A stretch of DNA of 64,000 bases from an uncultured Chloroflexia bacterium. Lineage in GTDB: Bacteria > Chloroflexota > Limnocylindria > Limnocylindrales > CSP1-4. Below the pieces are notes generated by a model that worked only from the letters and a program-made list of their open reading frames with translations, did no database searches and was not told where the DNA came from. The position numbers and the translations under genes are program-made. Position 1 is the first letter of the stretch. Each line of letters begins with the position of its first letter. Location of the stretch: the NCBI GenBank assembly GCA_963827965.1, contig CAWHCW010000019.1:4559-68558 (forward strand), read 5' to 3'. Below are positions 22,144 through 36,584 of the stretch, in pieces.

Positions 22144-22512
22144 CGGGACGCTCCTTCCTGGGGGCACGCTTGCCCCGCCGGAAGGGTCGGTCTCGCCATT
22201 GGCCCAGTGCGTCGGTTTGGCGACCGTGTTGGGACGCCGCGCTGGTGGAACCCCACGGCTCCGTGCCCCCCTGCCGTCGCGGGAGTGTGCACCATCTGCG
22301 GCCGAATGGATAGAAGGAAGTCACCCGCACCGCCGATCGCGCGAGGGGCCACCCGACCTGACACGGCGTTCGCGGAGGGCACCCGGGCCGGGCGTTACCG
22401 CCTTTCCGCCACCTCCCGCAGGCCGGCGGCGGCTCGGCGCGGTCGCGGCGGTCACCGTCGACGAAGTGCGCATGAGCGCGGCCGCAAGCTCCGGAGCCGA
22501 ACCGGTGGTCTC

Positions 22513-23385
22513 CTACCCGGACCGCGCCGTCGCCCCCCGGAGCGCGCGACCAGCCGCCCCAGCGCCGCGACGTCGCGGCCGTCCGGGACCGAGGGCGTCG
22601 ACGAGCGCCGAGGCGACGATGACGCCGTCCGCGCCGGCCCGCACGAGGGCGCGGACGTGGGCCGGGCGGCTGACGCCGAAGCCGACCGCGACCGGCACCG
22701 GGCGAGGGCCTTCACCTCGCGGACGTAGCGGCCGACCTCGGGCGGGAGGCTGGTCCGGGCGCCGGTGACGCCGACGAGCGAGACGCAGTAGAGGAAGCCG
22801 CCGCTCCGGGCGGCGATCGAGCGCACGGCGGGCCGGCGCCGTCGTCGGCGCGACGAGGTAGACGACGGCGAGGCCGGCCTCGGCGGCCGCGGCCTCGAAC
22901 GGCGCGCCCTCGTCGGGCGTCAGGTCGGCGACGATCGCGCCCGAGGCGCCGGCCGCGGCGAGCGCCCGGGCCGCGCTCCCGGCCGTCCCCGCCGCCGATC
23001 AGCTGGTTGGCGTAGCCCATCGGCACGAGCGGGATCGCCGGGCGGGCGCGGGCGATCCGGCTGACGAGGTCGAGCGAGCCGTCGAACGTGGCGCCGGCGG
23101 CCAGGGCGCCGGCCGAGGCCCGCTGGAGGGTCGCCCCGTCGGCGAGCGGGTCGGAGTACGGGAGGCCGACCTCGAGGAGGTCGGCCCCGGCGTCGATCGC
23201 GGCGAGGGCGATCGCGAGCGACGTCTCGGCGTCGGGGTAGCCGGCGACGACGTACGGGATCAGGGCGACGCGGCCGTCGGCGCGGGCGCGGGCGAAGGCC
23301 GCGGCGATCCGGCGGGCGCCGGCCGTGTCGTTCGTGGAGCCCGTCGCGGCGGCAGCCGAGCCGCGCCCGCGGTGCTCGAGCGTCG

Positions 23386-23389
<4 letters not shown>
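22513..23389 (-). CDS. trpA: Tryptophan synthase alpha subunit (frameshifted; end approximate)
   Basis: [52 protein letters not shown]. Confidence 0.93.
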
Positions 23390-26338
<2,949 letters not shown>

Positions 26339-26342
<4 letters not shown>

Positions 26343-27395
26343 GCGGCGCACCTCGGCGCTGGCGGCGCGGGCCCCGTCGGCGGCTGCCTTCTCGGCTCGC
26401 AGCCGGGCCAGCAGCGCGGTCGCGGAGCCGCCGTCGATGGTCGCGGCGGCCAGCTCGACGCCCTCCCCCAGGTCGGGGGTCCGACCGGCGGCGACGAAGG
26501 CCGCGGCGGCGTTGAGGAGGACGACGTCCCGCCGGGGGCCCCGATCGACGCCGCCGAGGATCGCCTCGAGCATGGCCGCGTTCTCGGCGGCGGTGCCGCC
26601 GGCGAGCGCGCCGAGCGGCGCGACGGCCAGGCCGAGCGCGGCCGGGTCCACCTCGCTGCGGGTCACGCCGGCCGGCGAGACGTCGTGGATCACGCCGCTG
26701 CCGTCGAGCGGCAGCTCGTCCACGCCGGCGCCGTGGACGACGAGCGTCCGCTCGGTGCCGAGCGCCGCACGACCTCGGCGTAGGCCGGGGCGACGGCGGC
26801 CTCCCCGATCCCGAGCACGGCCCGCGTCGCGCCGGCCGGGTTCGTCAGCGGGCCGAGGAGGTTGAAGGCGGTCCGGATCCCGATCTCGCGGCGGGTCGGG
26901 CCGGCGTGGCGCATCGCCGGGTGGAAGGCCGGGGCGAAGAGGAAGGCGAAGCCGAGCTCGCGGAGCGCGGCCGCGGCCGAATCCGCGTCGTGGTCGATCC
27001 GGACGCCGAGCGCCTCGAGCACGTCGGCCGACCCGGCCCGCGACGTGATCGCCCGGTTGCCGTGCTTGGCCACCGGGACGCCGGCGGCCGCGACCACGAG
27101 CGCGGCCGCGGTCGAGATGTTGAACGTCCCGCTGCGGTCGCCGCCGGTGCCGACCACGTCGATCGTGCCCTCGGGCGCCTCGACCCGCAGGACCCGCTCG
27201 CGCATCGCCTCGGCGAAGCCGGCCAGCTCGTCGACCGTCTCGCCGCGCATCCGGAGGGCGACGAGGAAGCGCCGCCAGCTGGGCCGGCGTCGCCTCGCCG
27301 TCCATGACCGCGCCCATCGCGGCGCGCGCCTCGTCGCGCTCGAGCGAGCGCCCGTCGACGATGGCCGCCAGGGCGGCGCGGACCGCCTCGCTCAT
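26339..27395 (-). CDS. trpD: Anthranilate phosphoribosyltransferase (frameshifted)
   Basis: [46 protein letters not shown]. Confidence 0.93.
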
Positions 27396-28105
27396 CGGGC
27401 GCCTCCCGCCGCCGCTCGCCGCGTGCCGGCACGGCGTCCGCCTCGTCCGCCTCGCCGAGGCCGCGCGTCGCGAAGGACCCGGCGGCCGCGTCGAGCAGCG
27501 CCGCCTCGCCCTCGCCCGCCAGGCGGAGGAAGTTGGCCAGGAGGTGCGGCCCCTCCGGGGTCAGGACGGACTCGGGGTGGAACTGGACGCCCTCCATCGG
27601 CAGGGAGACGTGGCGCACCCCCATCAGGACGTCGTCGCCGGCGCTGCTGGGCGGTCACCACGAGCTCGGCCGGGAGCGTCGCCGGGTCGATGCACAGCGA
27701 GTGGTAGCGGGCGGCCATGAAGCGGCGGGCCATCCCGTCGAGCAGGCCCGCGCCGTCGTGCTCCACCGTCGACGCCTCGCCGTGGACGAGCGTCGGCGCG
27801 CGCACGATCGACGCCCCGAACGCCGCGCCCATCGACTGCATCCCGAGGCAGACGCCGAGGAGGGGGATCCGCCGCTCCGCCGCGAAGCGGACGGTCTCGA
27901 TCGAGATCCCGGCGTGCTCCGGGTCCGACGGCCCGGGCGAGATGACGATCCCGCGCAGGTCGGCCGCCGGGTCGTCGGCCAGGGCCTCGAGCCCGCCGCG
28001 GTCGATCGCGTCGTTGCGGACGACCCGGACCTCGGCGCCGGCGGCCTGGAGCGCCTGGACGAGGTTGAAGGTGAAGCTGTCGTAGTTGTCGATCACGAGG
28101 ATCAT
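27392..28105 (-). CDS. trpG: Anthranilate synthase component II (frameshift ~27645)
   Basis: [34 protein letters not shown]. Confidence 0.93.
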   Translation of the reverse strand: MILVIDNYDSFTFNLVQALQAAGAEVRVVRNDAIDRGGLEALADDPAADLRGIVISPGPSDPEHAGISIETVRFAAERRIPLLGVCLGMQSMGAAFGASIVRAPTLVHGEASTVEHDGAGLLDGMARRFMAARYHSLCIDPATLPAELVVTAQQRRRRRPDGGAPRLPADGGRPVPPRVRPDPGGAAPPGQLPPPGGRGRGGAARRGRRVLRDARPRRGGRGGRRAGTRRAAAGGAR

Positions 28106-29769
28106 CGGCCGCTCCCGGGGCCGGCCGCCCGACGCCGGCCTCGGCCGCCGTCTCCGCCGTCTGCCGTCGGCGTCGGGCGCTCCGCCGTCGACGCCGCCAG
28201 CGGGCCGGCCGTGCCTCCGGCCGCCAGCTCGATCGCCCGTCGCAGCGCCGCGGCCTTGTGCTCGGTCTCCTCGAACTCGCGCTCCGGGCACGCTGCCGGC
28301 CACGATCCCGGCGCCGGTGTGGACGTGGGCGACGCCGTCCTTGAGGACGGCGCTGCGGATCGTGATCGCGGTGTCGAGGTTGCCGTCGTAGCCGAGGTAG
28401 CCGACGGCGCCGCCGTAGAGGCCGCGCCGCTCGCCCTCGGCGGCCGCGATCAGCTGCATCGCCCGGACCTTCGGCGCGCCCGAGAGCGTGCCGGCCGGGA
28501 AGACGCTGCGCAGGGCGTCGAGCGCGTCGAGCCCGGGCGCCAGCTTCGCCTCGACGTGGCTCACGAGGTGGAGGACGTGGCTGTAGCGCTCGACCTCCAT
28601 GTACTTCGAGACCCGGACGGTGCCCGGCCGGGCCACCCGCCCCAGGTCGTTGCGGCCGAGGTCGACGAGCATCACGTGCTCGGCGCGCTCCTTCGGGTCG
28701 GCCTGGAGCTGCTCGGCGAGCAGCTCGTCCTCCTTCGGGGTCGCTCCGCGCGGCCGCGTGCCGGCGATCGGGTGGGTCGTCATCCGGTCGCCCTCGACCT
28801 GGAGGAGGAGCTCGGGGCTGGCGCCGACGACCTCGAACGACGGGCGTCCGGACGAAGAAGAGGTACGGGCTGGGGTTGACCTGGCGGAGCGCGCGATAGA
28901 GGGCGATCCCGTCGAGCGGCGTGCCGTCCGGGCGGCGCGGGAGGGCGATGGTCTGGCGGCGGGCGAGGACGACCTGGATCGCCTCGCCGGCCGCGATCGC
29001 GTCCTTGGCGCTGCGGACCGCGGCCTCGTAGGCGTCGCGCCCGAGGGAGGTCTCGGGCGGCTCGGACACGGCGACGGCGCCGGAGCCGGGCGTGCTCGCC
29101 GGCCCGGCCATCTCGGCGGCGCTCGGACGGGCCGTCCGCTCGAGGGCCTCGAAGATCGCCCGCTCGGCGATCCGGTAGCGCTCCTCCAGGCGCGGCGCGT
29201 CGGTGTGGAGCGAGGCGATCGCGGCCAGCGTGTGGGTCAGGTGGTCGAAGACGAGGACGAGGTCGGTCTCGATGAAGCTGGCGAGGGGTACCCCCACGGG
29301 GTCGGCGGCCGGGAGCGGGACCGTGGGCTCGAAGATCGACACCGCGTCGTAGGCGAGGGCGCCGACGGCGCCGCCGGTGAAGCGGGGCATGCCCTCGGTC
29401 GGCTCGACGCGGCGGCGCGGCAGGAACGCGCGGAGCGCGGCGAGCGGATCGTCGGCGGGGAGCTCCGTGACCGGCAGGTCGGGCGCTGTAGTCGACGACG
29501 CCGACCGGACGGTCCTGGATGCGGGCCCGGCCGTCGCGGACCTCGAGCAGCCGCCGCGGCCCGATGCCCAGGAAGCTGTAGCGTCCCAGGCGCTCGCCGC
29601 CCTCGACGGACTCGAGCAGGTAGGCGGGGGTGGTGCCGTCGTCGAGGCGCAGGAAGGCGCCGATGGGGGTCTCGAGGTCGGCGTCGCGCATCGCCCGCAG
29701 GCGGATCGTGTCCGCGTTCCCCGCGAGGCGCTTGACCTCGCCGAGGCTGAGGGGATGCTGGGTGGCCAT
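28102..29769 (-). CDS. trpE: Anthranilate synthase component I (frameshifted)
   Basis: [57 protein letters not shown]. Confidence 0.93.
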
Positions 29770-29784
29770 CTGCGCGAAACCTCC

Positions 29785-30100
29785 GGAAACGAACACGACC
29801 TCTCGTCCTGCCAGGACGAAAGGTCGGACCTTCCGCGGTGCCACCCGGTTTCGGCGTGTGCCGCTCTCACCTGACCGACGGGACGGGGGTCCGTCCGATC
29901 GGCGCTGCCCTCTATCGCTGGCGCTCTGCGCCGGAGCCTACTGGCGGTGGCCGCGGGCCCGGCATTCGGGCACCGAGCGGTTCGCGTTCGGTCCGGAGGC
30001 TCCCGGGTCCATTCACCGTCGTCGCCGCCCCGACTTCCACCAGCCGTCGGGTCTCTCTGCCGGCGCCGCGACGGGTACTCGTCCCGTTCACAGCCACGTA
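29785..30100 (-). promoter_or_regulatory. T-box riboswitch with Trp (UGG) specifier, controlling the trp operon
   Basis: Minus strand: GCTGTGA, AGTA, AGAGA, GGTGGAA, specifier GAA-TGG (30009-30011), T-box GGGTGGCACCGCG (29834-29846), then hairpin GACCTTTCGTCC...GGACGAGAGGTC followed by GTGTTCGTTT. Confidence 0.93.
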
Positions 30101-30116
30101 TTCGGTTGAGGGCGCG

Positions 30117-30146
30117 AGTCTAGGCCCGCACCCGAGGGGCGGTCAA
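30117..30146 (-). promoter_or_regulatory. Sigma70-type promoter of the trp leader
   Basis: TTGACC, 18 nt spacer, TAGACT on the minus strand. Confidence 0.7.
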
Positions 30147-30269
30147 GCGGGCCCGCCCGTGGGTGTGAACGGCCCGCGAATCCGTCGCCCACGCCGGGGC
30201 CGCTCAGCGCCGGCCGCCAGCGGTTCGCCCGGCGCCGGGGAGGGAGCCGGCGAGGGCACCGGCGTGGGC

Positions 30270-32654
30270 TCAGGCGACGGCGCAGGCGTGGGCGGGGGTG
30301 AGCGGTGAGGGCGGCAGGCTCGGGGCGGGCGTGAGCCCCAGGACCTTCGCCAGGGCCCTGTCAAGAGCGGGCGCCAGCGACCGGGCGAACGTCGCGGTGA
30401 GGTGGTGGTTGTCGCGCAGGGTGATCATGCCGCGGACCACGGCGGGGCACGGGTCGGATGGGCAGACGGCCCGCGAGAGGTCCACCAGGCCGGCGCCGGC
30501 ATCGCGAGCGGCAATCCGCTCCCGCGTCACCATCGCCCCCGAGAAGGCGCTCGAGCGCGGGACCGCGCAGGGTCGGATGTCCTTGACGTGGGCCGAGAGG
30601 CAGGCGGGGATGTCGCGATCCGCGGCCGGCGTGTCCGCGACCACCACGACCATCCCGGGAAGGCGCTCGAGCATGCGGGTGAGAGCGGCGGCCTGGCGGG
30701 CGACGGTGCCGTCCTCGGGCCGCACCGGGAACGTCCAGCGGCTGTTGGAGACGATGACGAGGTCGGGCCGGTTCGCGGCCAGGCGGGCCAGGACCGCGGC
30801 CCGCCACGGCGGGCACTCCCGGTACTCGCGCTTGAGGGCGAGGTTGCGCACGCGCAGGTCGATGAACGGACAGGAGACCTTCACGTAGACCTCGACGCGC
30901 CAGCCGTGCCGTTTCGCGACGGCCTCGACCGCGGGAAAGAGGTGGGAGGCGTGCGAGTCGCCGACGAGGGCGACCGTGAAGGTCCCCCGTCGGTTTCCGT
31001 AGACGCAGTCCGGCGGGGCGGTCGCCGGCTCGAAGGCGAGGCAGCCTTCACGCCGCAGGCGCTCGACGTCGTCCCGGGCCCGGGCCAGCGACGGCCGGAC
31101 GTCGCGCGGCAGGACGAAGCTGACCCGCGGGGTCGGCGTCGGACGCGCCGTGGCAGCCGCGGTGGGCGCGATCGGGGTCGCGATCGGGGCTCGGCGACTC
31201 GGCGGGCCTCGCGGTCGGCGCCTCCGAGGGAAGCACGACCCCACCGCCCGCGGCCGGCGCCTCCGGCTCGTCGTCCGTCACCTCCGCGGCGGGCCAGTCC
31301 GCCGTCCAGTCCACCTCGGCCCCGTCGTCGACGGCAGCCTCGTCCGCGGGGATCTCCCCCGCCGAGCTCACCCCGACCAGGTCGAGGTCGCTCGCCTGGC
31401 GGTACGAGAGGCCACCCGCGAAGGCCACGACAAACGCGAGCGCGGCGCCGGCAAGGGCCAGCGTCCGGCCGGGCCGGAGGGCGAAGCGCCAGCTCCCGCG
31501 GCGGAACGGCTCCTCGACGCAGGCCCAGCTCACGGTCGCCACGGCGATCGACGCCACCACGAGCCCGAGCCGGGCGGCCGGCTCGAGCGGCGCCCCGAGA
31601 GCGACCGCCGGCAGCAGGAGGATCGGCCAGTGCCACAGGTAGAGCGAGTAGCTGATCCGCCCGAGGAAGCGGAGCGGGCCGACGGCGAGCAGCGCGGCCG
31701 GGCTCCAGCGGCGCTCTCCCGCGGCGATCAGGCCGCCGCGCCCAGCGTCGGCAGCAGCGCCGCCACCCCCGGGTAGGCGCTCGCCGGATCGATGACGACC
31801 GGCGCGACGAGGACGGCGACGAGGCCGGCCCACCCCAGGGCCACCATCGGCGGGCCCGGGACGCGGGCCAGGGCCAGGGCGCCGATCGCGAGAAGGCCGC
31901 CGGTGGCGAGCTGCCAGGCGCGGGTCGGCAGCATGTAGAAGGCCCAGCTGGGCGCGGCCTCGGTCGCGACGACGGAGACCGCCAGCGAGGCGACGAGCAC
32001 GGCGCCGAGCGCGATCGCGGCTCCCAGGCGCGGCCTCCGGCTGCGAGCGCCCAGCAGCAGGAGGACCGGCCAGACCAGGTAGAACTGCTCCTCGACGCTG
32101 AGCGACCAGAAGTGGAGGAAGGGCGACGGGTTCGTCATCGAGGCGAAGTAGTCGCCCTCCGCCAGGGCGAACCGGACGTTCGCGAAGGAGAGCGCGGCGG
32201 CGGCGCCGTCGAGCGTGACGGCCGGGCGGTCGAGCGGGGCGAGCACCGCCGAGGCTGCCGGGAGGATCACGGCGACGGCCACGAGGGCGGCGGGCAGGAG
32301 CCGCCGCACGCGGCGGGCGTAGAAGCCGGCGAGCGCGATCCCGCCGGTCCGCTCGCGCTCGCGCAGAAGCAGACCGGTGATGAGGAAGCCCGAGATGACG
32401 AAGAAGACGTCGACGCCGACGAAGCCGCCGGCGAGGGGCGCCAGACCGGCATGGAAGAGGAGGACGAACAGGATGGCGATGCCGCGGAGGCCCTCGACGT
32501 CGGGGCGGAACGTCTCGGCGCGGGTCGACGCGGAGGCGGCCGACGTCGACGCGCTCACCTCGAGTTCGGCGCCGGCCGCGGCGGGGCCGGCTCGACGGAG
32601 GCCGGGCCAGCCCAGGCGGCTCGCGCGCCCGATGGCGACCGAGAGGGAGATCAC
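30270..32654 (-). CDS. Acyltransferase-3 plus SGNH domain O-acyltransferase (OafA/OatA-like; frameshifted; ends approximate)
   Basis: FRPDVEGLRG, GVDVFFVISGFLIT, HFWSLSVEEQFY, SYSLYLWHWP, then GDSHA and RDNHHLT. Confidence 0.88.
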
Positions 32655-32666
32655 CTCACGCCTCCG

Positions 32667-34423
32667 TCAAGCCGCGCCCGGGAAGACGAGGGCGCCGTAG
32701 ATGGCGCCCCGCCCCCAGGCCCGGCTCGGGGCCGGGGCCGCCCGACGTCCGTCGCCGTAGACGTAGAAGACGTGCCCGTCCGCCGTGAACTCGGCTCGCT
32801 CGCGGAGACCGGGGCCGTTCACCCCGCGCTCCAGCGCGGCGGCCCGCCAGCGGGTCCTGGTCACCGGCGCCGGCCGTCCGTACGTCCGTCCACCGTCGAC
32901 GGAGACGGCGAAGTAGGTCCCGATGACCGGGCGGCGGGTGGAGGCCGTACCCGATCGCACGTCGGTGATGACGTGGAACCCCACGAAGACGACGCCATCG
33001 CGGGCGGCGACGGTGGGCTTGAACGAGGATCCGAGACCGCCGCCGCTGGCGGCCGAGCCCGGCAACGTGACGGGCGGCAGCGTCCGCCACGCCCACGTCC
33101 GGCCACGGTCCGTGCTCCGCCCGACACGGACGACCCCCCGCGGCTTGCCGGCGGCCGCGGAGGCCCTGTAGTCCGCCACGGCCAGGTAGACGGTGCCCGT
33201 GGCGCGGTCCACGTCGAGGCCGTGGCACCACTGCGGGTCGATCGAGGTCGCGGCCGTCCCCACGGCCGGCGCCCCGTAGACCGCCTGGGAGCTGCGGCTC
33301 ACGCGCGCCGCCATCACGGTCGGCCCGCGGGTGAGCGTCCGCGCCGCCCGGTCGAAGCGGACGCGGGTCACCGTGAACCCGAGCCGGCAGACGTTTGCCG
33401 GGCCGCCCTTCGAGAAGATCCGGCCGGCGTCCCAGCGACGGAGGTCGGCCTGGTAGCCGGAGACGTAGAGGGACCCGTCGGGCGCCGTCCGGGCCCGGTA
33501 GGCGATCCGCCAGGACGCCGCGCAGCCGCTCGGCCGGCGAGCCGGCGGGATCTCCACCGCGGCGCGCCAGGTCCGCCCGTAGTCGCCGGAGGCGATCACG
33601 TGCATGCCCGGTCCCGCGGTCCGGCTGGCCAGCCAGTTGTAGACGACGTAGACGGCGCCGTAGTTCGGGCTGGCCGGATCGCCGTCGACCGTGATCTCCG
33701 GGAAGCCGCCGACCCACGGGGGCGTCCGGCGCTCGACGTAGAGCCGCGACCAGGTGGCTCCCTCGTCGTCGCTGTAGGCGACGGAGACCGCGTGGCTCGC
33801 GTAGTTGCAGCCCGGAACCGTCGTGTCCACCCAGTAGAGGCGAGCCGAGCCCCGGCGCGGCCCGGGCCCCCAGGCGATCACGGCGTGGAAGTTGGGGCCC
33901 CGCCCGGAGCGGGCGTACGGACGACCCTTCACGTCCTTCCAGGTCGCCCCGCCGTCGTGCGAGATCCGCAGGGTCGTGTCCATGCCGCAGGTGCCGCCGC
34001 GGAGCGTAGCGCTGGTAGACGACGGCGAGGCGGCGGGGGTCCGTCGGGTGCGTGGCGACCGCCGGCTCGAACGCGTTGTCGAAGGGGAACGCCAGGCGGT
34101 CGGTGTTCGCGCTGACGCGGACTTCGCGGACGACGCGGGCAGCCGGAAGCGGGGCGGGCGGGGGCGACGCGCGCGGGGCTGGCCGACGGAGCAGGCGATG
34201 CGGTGGCCGCGGGCGACGGCGAGGGCGACGGGGTGGCCGTCGGGGCGGGAGAGGCGCTGGGCACCGGCGTCGGCGTTGCCGTCGGGCTCGGAGCCGGCGG
34301 CGTCGAGCTGGAGCCGCCGGTGCCCGGAGGCGTCGGACCGACGGACGTCCCGTCGCCGCAGCCGACGACGAGGGCCAGCAGGAGCCCTGCCCGCATGATC
34401 GCCGTGGCGCGTGCCCGGCCCAT
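32667..34423 (-). CDS. Secreted/lipoprotein sialidase-like (Asp-box) beta-propeller (frameshift ~34140)
   Basis: LLLALVVG-C lipobox, Pro/Ser/Thr linker, Asp-boxes SHDGGATW, SDDEGATW, SGDYGRTW, STDRGRTW, SVDGGRTY. Confidence 0.75.
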
Positions 34424-34691
34424 GGTCCACCTCAGGCGACACCGCTCGTGTGGCGTGCGACCGCCGAACTGAAGACGCTGGCCCGCCCCCGGGTGTTTCG
34501 GCCCCTGCTCCGGTCGAGCGGCCGGCCCCACGCGCGGAGGTCGCCCACGCCGGGCGGCGGCGCGCCGCGACGCATCGCCCCTCGCCGGCGCGAGGGATGG
34601 CAGGCGGCCCCCTCCCGACGGGCCGTTGGGCCCAAATCGGGGGCCAAGCGGCCGCTGCCCGCGCAGGGGGCGCGTGGCTAGAGTCCAAGCC

Positions 34692-36584
34692 GTGAAGTGC
34701 ATCGTCCTTGTCAAGCAGGTCCCGGACGTCTCGAACATCCCCGAGGAGGCCTGGGACAGGGAGAAGGGCACCCTCCGGCGCGGGCTGCTCGACAGCGTCC
34801 TCAACCCCCTCGACCTCCACGCCCTCACCTTCGCTGACCTCCTCACCCGGGGCGACCCGGAGGCCCGGACGGTCTTCCTCTCCATGGGCCCGCCCCAGGC
34901 CCGCGAGGTCCTGGTCGACTGCCTCTCCCGCGTGCCGGGCGAGGCGATCCTGCTGACCGACAGCGCCTTCGCCGGCGCGGACACCGGCGCGACCGCCTAC
35001 TCCCTCGCCTGCGCGATCCGGAGGATCGAGAAGGAGCTCTTCGGCGGCGACCGCGACTACGCGATCGTCACCGGGATGCAGTCGGTCGACGGCGACACCG
35101 CGCAGGTCCCGCCCCAGATCGCGGAAGAGCTGGGGATCGACCACATCGCCTACGCGAAGGGCCTCGAGACGGAGCCGGAGATCCTGGTGCGCCGCATCGG
35201 CGCCGAGGGGATCGAGGACGTCCGGCCGCTCCGCTGGCCGGTCCTCATCACCGTCACCGCCTGCACGGACCCGCTCTACCGCTCCTTCGAGCGGACGCGC
35301 GACGCGCGGAGCGCCGTCATCCACGAGTGGAACGCGGCCTCGGTGGCCGCCGATCCCACCCGCATCGGCCTCAAGGGCTCGTGGACGCAGGTCTACCGGC
35401 TCTTCTCGCCGTCGGAGGACCGGCCCAAGACCTGCGAGTACATCAAGAACCCCGCCGAGCTCATCGGGAAGATCGCCGCCCGCTACCAGCAGGCCGCGCC
35501 GGGCGCCGAGGTCGAGACCGAGGACGGCTACGAGCTCGGCGACCGCGAGCCCACCTACCACGGCGAGATGTGGGTCTTCGCGGAGCGCGAGGGCGACGGC
35601 GTCCGCCTGGTCTCGCTGGAGCTGCTGGGCAAGCTCCGCCAGCTCGCGAAGAGCCTGGGCGAGCGCGTCGGCGCGGTCCTCCCCTGCGACGCCGCGGGCG
35701 ATCGCCCGGCCCAGCTGATCGCCGCCGGCGCCGACGTGGTCTACGTCATCGAGCATCCGCTCCTGGGCACGTTCGATCCGCTCGTCCACAAGAAGGCGAT
35801 CGCCGACCTCGTGAAGGAGCGCAAGCCGCAGGTCATGCTCTTCGGGGCGAGCCCCCTCGGGCGCGAGCTGGCGCCGCGGGTCGCCTACTCCTGCCGCTCC
35901 GGGCTGACCGCCGACTGCACCCGCCTGGAGATCGGCGACTTCAGCAAGGGCGCCGTGAACCTCGTCGGGATCCTCAAGCAGACGCGCCCGGCCCTCGGCG
36001 GCAACGTCATGGCCACGATCATGACCAAGGACTCCCCCACCCAGATGGCCACCGTCCGGCCCGGCGTCTTCAAGGTGTCCCCGCCCGACCACGAGCGGGC
36101 CGGCGAGATCGTGCCCGTGACGGCCGACCTCGACTCGGACGATGTCGGGCTGGCGGCGACGCCGGTCGAGTCGTTCGCCAGCAAGGTCTCCATTCGCGAC
36201 GCGGAGATCATCGTGGCCGGCGGCCACGGCTTCCGCTCGCGGGCCGACTTCGACACCTACCTCCAGCCGCTGGCCGACGGGCTGGGGCGCCTGCTGGGCG
36301 CCAGCCCGAAGGTGGCCGCCTCCCGGATGGCGGTGGAGGACGGCTTCACGACGCACGACTACCAGGTGGGCCAGACGGGCCAGACGGTGCAGCCGCGGCT
36401 CTACGTCGCGATCGGGATCTCCGGCGCCGTCCAGCACATCACCGGCATGCAGGGCTCGGAGATCGTGGTCGCCATCAACAAGGATCCCAAGGCCCGGATC
36501 TTCAACTACGCGGACTACGGCGTCGTCGGCGACATCGAGACGGTCGTCCCCGAGCTGGTCCGGGCAACGGAGGGACGGGCATGA
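34692..36584 (+). CDS. etfBA: Fused electron transfer flavoprotein beta-alpha (FixAB-like)
   Basis: VLVKQVPD, NPLD and QSVDGDTAQV (beta) are in one uninterrupted frame with GLTADCT, RPALGGN, QVGQTG, GISGAVQH and AINKD (alpha). Confidence 0.92.
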   Translation: MKCIVLVKQVPDVSNIPEEAWDREKGTLRRGLLDSVLNPLDLHALTFADLLTRGDPEARTVFLSMGPPQAREVLVDCLSRVPGEAILLTDSAFAGADTGATAYSLACAIRRIEKELFGGDRDYAIVTGMQSVDGDTAQVPPQIAEELGIDHIAYAKGLETEPEILVRRIGAEGIEDVRPLRWPVLITVTACTDPLYRSFERTRDARSAVIHEWNAASVAADPTRIGLKGSWTQVYRLFSPSEDRPKTCEYIKNPAELIGKIAARYQQAAPGAEVETEDGYELGDREPTYHGEMWVFAEREGDGVRLVSLELLGKLRQLAKSLGERVGAVLPCDAAGDRPAQLIAAGADVVYVIEHPLLGTFDPLVHKKAIADLVKERKPQVMLFGASPLGRELAPRVAYSCRSGLTADCTRLEIGDFSKGAVNLVGILKQTRPALGGNVMATIMTKDSPTQMATVRPGVFKVSPPDHERAGEIVPVTADLDSDDVGLAATPVESFASKVSIRDAEIIVAGGHGFRSRADFDTYLQPLADGLGRLLGASPKVAASRMAVEDGFTTHDYQVGQTGQTVQPRLYVAIGISGAVQHITGMQGSEIVVAINKDPKARIFNYADYGVVGDIETVVPELVRATEGRA

